A DNA stretch of 64,000 bases, from positions 59,954,001 through 60,018,000 of the forward strand of contig CM059439.1 of NCBI GenBank assembly GCA_030390025.1, written 5' to 3'. Positions within the stretch are counted from its first letter, which is position 1. Every line of letters starts with the position of its first letter. Origin of the DNA: Squalus acanthias (taxonomy: Eukaryota). A model generated the notes under the pieces. That model was given only the letters and a program-made list of their open reading frames with translations, ran no database searches and was not told where the DNA came from. Positions 52,401 through 61,400 of the stretch are shown here, one piece after another. The position numbers were made by a program, and so were the translations under genes.

Positions 52401-55400
52401 TTATTCCTTCAGAATTGAATTAGTGTTGGAGATTTAAAAAAAATTTTTTTTTTGTTTTACTTTTCCTGTCTCTTTTATCTCTCTCTTAATCCTATCTTTC
52501 TTTCCCAATCTTTATTTCGCTTTCTGTACTTGATTTAAAACTAATTTATAATTCCTGGTTTATATTTCCTGGTTTAGACTCTGGGGCCAAGATTTTCCTT
52601 ACCTCGGCGGGTCATGTCGATGGCAGGTCCCGACCCTGCTGCTGGCTCCATCCCACTCTGGAAAATGATTTTCCATTGATAGGGCTTGTTAAGCCCGCCC
52701 AACCCGTTTCTCAGGCAATTAGAGGAAGCGGGTCTGGTGATGTCATTCATGATGCATCATCAGCCAGTTTCCTTAAAGGGACCATGGCCAACTTTCTTTT
52801 AACATTTGTGCTGTCAGTGTTCTACAGCATTGAGGTGCTGCAAACACTGACAATGACTGCACAGAGGTGCAGGGCTGCACCCAGGTTCTCCCATGATTCC
52901 CTCCATATGCTTATGGAGGGAGTCAGAGCATGCAGGGAGGTCCTCTTCCCTTCCCATGGGCAGAAGAGACCTCCCCAGGAGACCAAGACAGCCTGGTTGC
53001 ACATTGCACAGGAGGGCACAAGCAGGGATGTCGTCAGGAGGACCAGGCTGCAGTGGCGCAAACCTTTCAATGATCTCAGTAGATCACGGAATGTTAGTAC
53101 AAAGTCACACTCACCTTCATCCTGCTGTGCCTCTCATCACATCCCCATCACTGCCTTCCCTACCCTACTCCTGCACATCCTTACTCACACCAACTTACCT
53201 TGCACGTCCACCCATCCCTCTCTATCTACATTATCACATCCCCATCTCACTAGCCACCCCTCACACTCACCCTCATCCTAGTGCAATCATACCAACTAAC
53301 AACACACAAGGGTAGGCACTTGGGTGTTTTATCCAATGTTCATGTAAAGTTTCTGTTAATGTGCTGTCAAACATTGAAACCTTTATTTTCAACACTTTCC
53401 GGTCTTGGACAGATTTGTGTGCACCTTTGGACGTGGCTTAGTGAGTTGCAGTGAATGGTGGGACATAACGCTATCCCCACAATGGTGGTGAGTGTGAAAG
53501 GAATGGCTTGGACATTGTAGGGATGCTTTATGGTGTTGATGTGGGGTGGTGCCAACTTGGTGCATCATGTGGCAGCTAGGGTGTACAGTGTCAAGTTAAC
53601 TAAATCTGGTCATGATGAGACCATCCCTGGCCTCCTGGGCCACAATACGGTCGGGTGCTAATGCCCTCTGTTCTGTGCAGCATCAGGTGATTGTGGAGCA
53701 GGTTGGTTGTTGTTGGTGCTGCTGGTGAGCCTGGTGCTGCTGGTGTTGGTGCTGATTGTGGTCGGATTCTGAGGACCAAGGTGAGACAGTATAAAGGGCA
53801 CCCATGTTGATGGAATAGATGGCAGATAAAGTAGAGATGACAGAAGCATTCTGTCAATGGTGAGAGAGTACTTCCAATGAGGTAAGAGTGGATGGAGAGG
53901 TGGAGATCTGTCATGTGGGAGCTTTTACTGTACACTTGAAGCTGTCAAGTAATCAGCTGGGGCAATGGTCACTGAACTCCCGCCTCAGGTGGACAGCCAT
54001 GGTCCCCGAACAGCGTGGTTCCCGTGGCCATGAAGTTAAAGTGAAAAGGCAAGTTAAAAAAGCCTGTTAATGATCTGTCAACTAGATGCTAATGAGTTTA
54101 ATTGGGTCGCCCGCTGTCAAAAAAATCCAATTTCCCACCCGACCCGCCATCGATCCTGTCCACTGACCCCCCGGAAAATTCTGCCTTGTTGTCTCAGTGA
54201 GGATCCTTCAATCTGATTGGTTGAAGAGACACGCTGTTACTTGCCCTGCTCACACATGCCACAGATCCCCTGTAGAGGGTGCTGTGCTGGATTAGATGCC
54301 CCGATGATGCAAGTCTCCGCTCAAAAGACCGCAAAAACTCTGTGGGCAGCTGTCAGCATAGTGAACGGCAAGTGCCATTCCTTCGCCGCTGACCGCAAAA
54401 TGCGGCCCAATGTGTTTTTTGATTTTTAGAAAGGGATCCTGGTGGTCGTGCTCTCTGTTTGATTATATTACTTTAGTGCTAATTGTTAAGCTTATTTGGA
54501 ACTATCAAAAGGTGATAATGAAAAATAAGAGCCTTTAAAAAAAATATTTCTACGCGGTTTCAAAAATGAGACCTTGATATCAAAGCTTTTATGTGAAGAC
54601 AACTACAAGACAATAACAAGGCCTGCTTAGTGTATATAGTCACAGAAGGGTTCGACAGCGTGATCATGACTGTTCCATCACTGTGCTGTGGAAATGGAAT
54701 ATTTCTGCTCTCATTATATACCTAAGATATCAAGGTCAAAGCTTTTGCTGTCTTCTCCTGCAGAATTTGTGACTACACAGGAGTATCTCCCAGAATCCTC
54801 CACTGCTGCATGCATCAAACGTAGTATGCGACCTCCTGTGGGAAAATAAGAGTTCAAATGTTACATAAGGTAGGTAATTAAAAAAGGACACAAAAATAAC
54901 TGAAATACAGCACAATGTTTGTACAGCTTCTCACAAAGTCCAATTGGGGTCAAAGTAGCAACCGTCTACATTGTTATTTAGGAATGCAATTATTTTAGTT
55001 AATCCCAATATGCAGTTAAATTCTATGACACGTATTCACAAAGGAACACAGTACTAAAATGATTTGCTTTACACAAATAATGAATCATTTATACTATATA
55101 TAGGACAGACACAAAGTCACCATCACTAAACATAGCCACATCTGTCTGCTATTGTTTAAATAGCTGCCTGTATCAACAAGTGGGGTTTGGCTTTGTTGTC
55201 AATTAATTATCTGTAACATCTTATGTGCTTCATATTTTCTCCATGGACATTTCACAAAACTCGGTGGGCTCATTTTACACTAAATTTGTGCTCGAGCTAA
55301 TCCAGCAGAGGCTGAATTTACAGGCAAGTCTGGTAGCAAAAAGTACTGAGCACTTGGGAGATATGCTGGTGTGGTGGAGCAGCTCTCCAGAGGTGGGCTT

Positions 55401-58400
55401 TGTGCAGATATTACTCTACTATAAATGGTTTGCTCATGCCACAGCAATAGAATAATTTAGTAACACAGGCAGAGGAAAAGTGATGCTGCTTTGTTGTCGT
55501 CTGTCTTCTTGTGCATGCAAAAAAGATCTATTCAATTAGTGGATTGATGCCAACTGTGAGGATGAATGTAAACAGAATTGCTCAATTAACTTTTATCTCA
55601 GTATTTGAAATCAACTCTAGGATTTAAAGCTGCATACATAACTAAATGTGGTTTAGCAGTACTGACAGCTTTGGCGTGTTCACAGTGGCTGTATTGTCGA
55701 TCATTGGTGTGATCTTAAGACTGATCAAGATCTGTAGCATTTACATCAAAGCTGAACGAGGACTGTAGAACCACTCCCTAAAATGTACATGCACAGAAAG
55801 GTTGGTGCATTGCATGGTCATGTGTGGCTCTTGAAGCATAAAGGACAGATGCAAAAAAGATATTGGCCCAGAGTTTGCTGAAGCGGGGCATCTCGCGGTG
55901 TGCTCCTGTAGTTAGACTTGTTCATGCATTTTGTTCCTCTTTAAGGGGAGGAAGGCCTACAGTACCGCTGCTGCAAGTAGCGCCACGATATTGGCTCACA
56001 GCGCCCCAAGAGGGACGTGGGGCGCTTCCAGTAGCGCCCATCCTCCCTCTTGGGGCGCTACCTGGGAAAATCAGCTGCGGGGGCGCTAACTTTTTCGGGC
56101 TGCTAAAATTAGTGCCCCAGCGGGCACTACCCAATTTTTACCCCTTACATTTTTTAAATCTCCAACAACAATTCACAACCTGAAGGAATGAAACTCCACA
56201 TTTTTAATTGTTCACTTTCTGGGCAAGAGAGGTTGATTGGCAATCATTAAGAATGATCACGTTGCGCTGTTAATTACTAAATTTAACTTTCTGTGGAGAG
56301 TTTAATGGGAAATTAATATGCAAATACAGCAACTTCATGAAAATCACGAGGAGGTTTAGGGCGGGATGCCATTTTCATGAGGCTAACAGCAGAGTGACGC
56401 AAATCAGCCAGCAGCTTGTGGCGATTTGCAATTTATGGGGTTTCTCTCCCTCACCACAAGTTGGTGGAAGAATTGCGCATTAATAATGGCGTGCGTCCTT
56501 CAGACGCTGTTATTTTTTCAGCAAATTCTGGGCCATTGATGCATTGGAAAAGGTTCAGAATAGAGCGACCAACAATTCTTCTGGATTTGGGGCTCTAAGT
56601 TATGAGGAGGCACTTGCAGAGATTACTTTTTTTCCAGTGGAGAAATGAAGATTGATTTGAAATGTTGAAAGCCATTGATGATCGAGATGTAACCAGAGGA
56701 AAAGAGATTAAAATGACTAAACTTGTACTGAGACCAGAGATTAAAATATTTTTTCCCCTAAGAACAGTGGATTTGTGCAACTGACTCAGTATAGTAGTTC
56801 AGACTGAGTTAATTAACTTCTTCAATGAGAAGCTGGATAAATATCTGGTTGTAATGGGTGGTTGTAAAGGGATAAGTATAGACTTGAGATGATCAAAGTC
56901 TCCATAATGGGCCTAGGGATGAGGAAGGAAGCAGCAGGGCAGAGTTGAATACTGGAGATGCGAGGATGGATGAATAATTTTGCTTGATTATCTTTGGGGA
57001 CCAGGGAATATTTATACAGCCCTTGCATTCAGATCATCAACTGAGGGGAATAAAGTCAACTGGCAGGATATATTGAACATAGTTTGTGCAAGGAGCAAGC
57101 TTAATAGGTTGAATGGCCTTTTCTCAATCTGTCCTTCATATTTTTATATAAAATAATAGATTGTTGAAGGTTCCAGTTATTGTGCATGGCTGTAGTAATC
57201 ACTTGCATCAGTTTTGTATATAATCTTTTGTAAAAGCATACAAATGTAAATAATGGTCACTGGTATTATGCTTACCTGAGAGTATTCTCAAAGCATTACT
57301 CAGGCTGATTGGCTGTCCATCCTTCAACCAGGTGATCGATGGAAGAGGGATGCCTGAGGCTTCGCAGGTCAATACAACAGGATTCTTAACCACGACACTG
57401 ACATTCTCTGGCACTCCCAGGGCTCCACTAATACTTGGTGGCACTAAGAGAAAAGATGTGAAAATCAAGTGATGGAAATAAATTGGTAGTTAATTATATT
57501 TTTGCAATTAAGAGACTATTAATCATAATGGAACCAAAATCCTATCCATATAAACATGCTTTAAAGTAAATCATATTACTAATCAACAATGAAGGTTTCC
57601 ACTCTTTATTCAAACATCCTTAAAAGTTGAGTGCATTGGAACAATTTGGACTAATAACTAGTATGTAGTGAAGATCAGGGCTGAACTGATGTCGATAGGT
57701 AATTCATTATTCCTAAGCTAATGAGTCATAACGATTTCCCCATTTTTTTCATGTTTTCCTTTCTTCAGATCTCCCTGCCACACAAACATATTTCCTGTGA
57801 AAGAGGCTTGGTCAATAATGCTCTAAACCAATAATTATGCGGTGCATGGGAGCAGTCCAGGATGACTCCCTCCAATTTCCTCTCCTTGTTTATAGCAAAG
57901 TGTTTGATCTCCACTCTGTCTCTCTCTGTTGACAGCATGAGCAAGATTGGGAATTCATCATATAATGATCACATTCTACCCAGAGAAATTTTTGAATTTG
58001 GTCAGCTGTTACACATGTAGACATGTAAATGAAAGTCCATGATAAAAAAGCTTTGCATTTGATTCTTCTCATTACAGTCAACAAAATTCTCTGAATTCTA
58101 ACCCGAGTATTTGTCCCTGTTCATCTAATACTTAGGCAAATCTCAGCCAGATGTACACTGCCCAGTGGTTCCAATTTCATCGCCAAGTCCCAGCAGCAGC
58201 AGCATGTCAGACCTTCGTTTTCTGAGCTCACTCTTATGCTGTTGAAAAATTAAGTTCCTTTCACCTTTCCCGTTGCCTAAATTGGTCCTTTTTCCGAACA
58301 GAAAAGCGCTGACTTCGCTCCTCGCCACACAAGCTATACTGAATTTTGTTTGCAAATATTGGCAAAATAGGGGAGAATTTAGAGTTGATAGGTGTCCCAA

Positions 58401-61400
58401 TTCCAGAGACAATTATCTACTAATAAAAGGTCAAGACCATCGCTGTCATTGATCCTTTCAGGCTGCTAAGAACTAATTGGTTAAATATAACAACTGATTT
58501 TTGAAGGTAAAGCCACTGGGAATTAAAAAAAAATTAGAAATATTGATTTAAGGATTTTGTACTGCTAAATTTCATCACCAGTGATATGACCATGCAGGAA
58601 AACAGCTAAAATGGAATAATAAGAAGGGATCCAGGCTCTTGCTTTCCCTAATGGTGAGCTGTAAGCAAGCATTGGTATATCTTATGCGTACAGATCACAG
58701 GACCATTTAAGTTTAACCAGTAGATTAATTATATTACTACTTACCATGTATGTTGAGGTCATATTTCTTATCAACCTGTCCTGCTACATTCACAGCCATA
58801 CACATGTACCGCCCAGTGTCAAAAACCTGTGCATTCTTAACCTGCAGCAGCTGTCCATTATTCAGGATGATCACTCCTCTGCCATTCACAAGAGGGCGGC
58901 CATCTTTCAGCCATGTCAGTGCAGGACGAGGAATCCCCTGGGCCTTGCACTCTAAGGTAACGTCACTCCCCCGAATAACAGTGACTTCAGTCAGGCGGCT
59001 CCCACTATTGCTAATAGTTGGTCGGACTGTTAAATAAAATAAAAAGTTAAACAATGGAAAAAAATTACACTGAAGTAAAAAAAAAACTTTACGACTGTTG
59101 CAACTATATAATGTAAGTCAACTTTTCCTTCTTGGGTATTTTAATTAGCTACAACAGAAAAGTACTGCCCTTCAAGGGGGAAGAGAGTGAAAAGCCTACA
59201 GAACAGATGTACAATTGCGTTTTTGTTAGACTAACTACAAAATAATAGAGCAAGGCAGATGAGAGTAGAAAAGCCCATCTAGTTTAACTCATTAAATTCA
59301 CACTGACAAATTTGATATCACCAAGCTCTAATCCCTCTGTACCCTATTGTTTCAGGGATCTGTCAGTTTCTTGTGTCTTTTATAGCTCAGTACAGACCAC
59401 CATTATTAAAAAATTACTATTAACACAATAATTTTCAATATCCTGCTTCACTCTATAATGCAAAATTGATTTTGGATAAACTGTTACATATTTTTGAAGT
59501 ACTAGCCAGTCACAAAGCTAAATGTTTCCAAAGCTTTGTGAGCAGCTATATAACTGCATCTTAGTTGAGTCTGTAATAGGCAATTCTGTCCCTTCCCCAC
59601 CCCCTTACCCCAAGTGCCTGTTTAAAGAAGCATTGCTCTGATCACCAAGGAGAAAATAGAACAACCCGGTCATCTAAATTGTGATGAAACATGTGCATGC
59701 ATGGGTGAAACTAGTTACAATAATTCACAAATATTAATTGTGAATGTGAAATTTTAATTTAAGTTTCCTTTTATCTGCCAAACATCTATAGTATAAATAG
59801 ATTAAAATAGTTATATACTGCTATTTTGTTGTGAATACAGCTATGAATAAGGTAACAAAAAAGTATAAATGTGTATGAAATGTGTGAAAAGGAACAATAA
59901 GCAGGACTGAATTCTTTCTGAATATAATGAGACTGCTGCTATGACAATTACAATTCACTCGTGATCCCCCTGATTTGTGGTTATTTTATTGATTCACATG
60001 TGAATCACAAACATTAGAATTTGTTTTGCAAATTGTGAGTAGAAAAAGAGGGAAAGAAGGACAGGACATATTTACTCTACTGCAATTAAAAGAGATTCCT
60101 TCAATTGTTTTCCCTTTTCAGAATAGACACTTATCCTTACTTTTATTGAGAAGGTGCCAAACTTTATTTATTATATTTTTCAGATGCTTGTACACTTATC
60201 AAGTTGATAATACAAGGAAACTGAATATTTCTCCTCTGAACACCCACAGAAACCACAAACATCTCTTTCTTTCTACTTTCCCTCTGCCTCATCCAGTAAT
60301 ACTAATTCTTCAGATATGAGCCAGTCTCTTTAACCATGGAGGGGTTCTATTTGCAGTAGAGTAAATATGTCCTGTCCTTCTTTCCCTCTTTTACTACTCA
60401 CAATAGGGGCTACTGTACAATGATCACTAATGGGAAATGCGTCCGACTTTACCCCCTAGTTAGCCCAGGTATACTGAGGTCAATTCTAAAACCTGGACTG
60501 CTGTCCATGCTGAAGTCAGGTAACTCAGCACACACCAGGGATTGAACCTGCAACTTTCTGATCCATATGTCTTAGTGTAAGATTGGGCCATTAGGGGATC
60601 CTCCACAAATTAATGTCAAATTATAGATATTTTTATTTCCATCTGATGCGAACTGGATTGTGACTACCCTAACTCATTTCACTTTGGTCCCTATATACCA
60701 CTACTACAAGAAGAAGATTACACTTTTAACATTCTAAGGTGCTTCACAAATGGAATAAAGATAGAGGAACAGACATTTGTCAGAGAAAAGAAACTTTAAT
60801 TTGTCTCGCTTGGATTTAAACTTGGACCAGAATAATTAAATGTTGTACAATTTCTATCCCCAAATGATTCCAAGGCTTTAAAAACCATTCGAGTGTTCCG
60901 GTGACGAGAGGTATGTTTACCAAGAAACACAAAGCGTCAATTGTTTCCAAGGTAGGAAGCTGAGCTAATAAAATGTCTAAACTACTTGCTCACTGCCAAA
61001 CGACTCTCAATGAATAATACAGATGTCTCCACTTAATATTTGTGGATGAGACAGAGTTCCAGTTTCATTCATATGTAAATGTTTCCCATCCATTTTTCAG
61101 GCACTATACTTCTGTTAGGTATATGTCAACAGGTGATTTAGGAAATGTCAATAGGAAACATTAAGAATCACATTTTAGTAGCCCACAGTCTTCTAAAAAG
61201 ACCCTCATAATCTACTGATAAGTGAGAATAAGTAGATGTGCTGTCTTCTGTCAATATCACAGGCTGTCTTGCTCATCACTTTTCCAGTATTATTCAAATA
61301 TATCAGTTTGATTCAATAGCAAAATACTGCGGATGCTGGAAATCTGAAATAACAACAGAAAGGCCGGGGGCATCCGTGGAGAGACAGTAACAGAGTTTCT

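Larger units (their letters stand above)
52035..54408. mobile_element. Composite: host PIF/Harbinger-like MITE with nested mini-Harbinger
   Basis: Outer TIRs GGCCCAGATTTTGCG...CGCAAAATGCGGCCC; left arm homologous to 1-391 and 56143-56534, right arm to 37532-37753. Confidence 0.75.

Noticed and set aside
58140-58412. CpG-containing stretch with an 89-aa ORF, possible retrocopy
   Set aside because: No recognisable protein similarity, poly(A) or TSD
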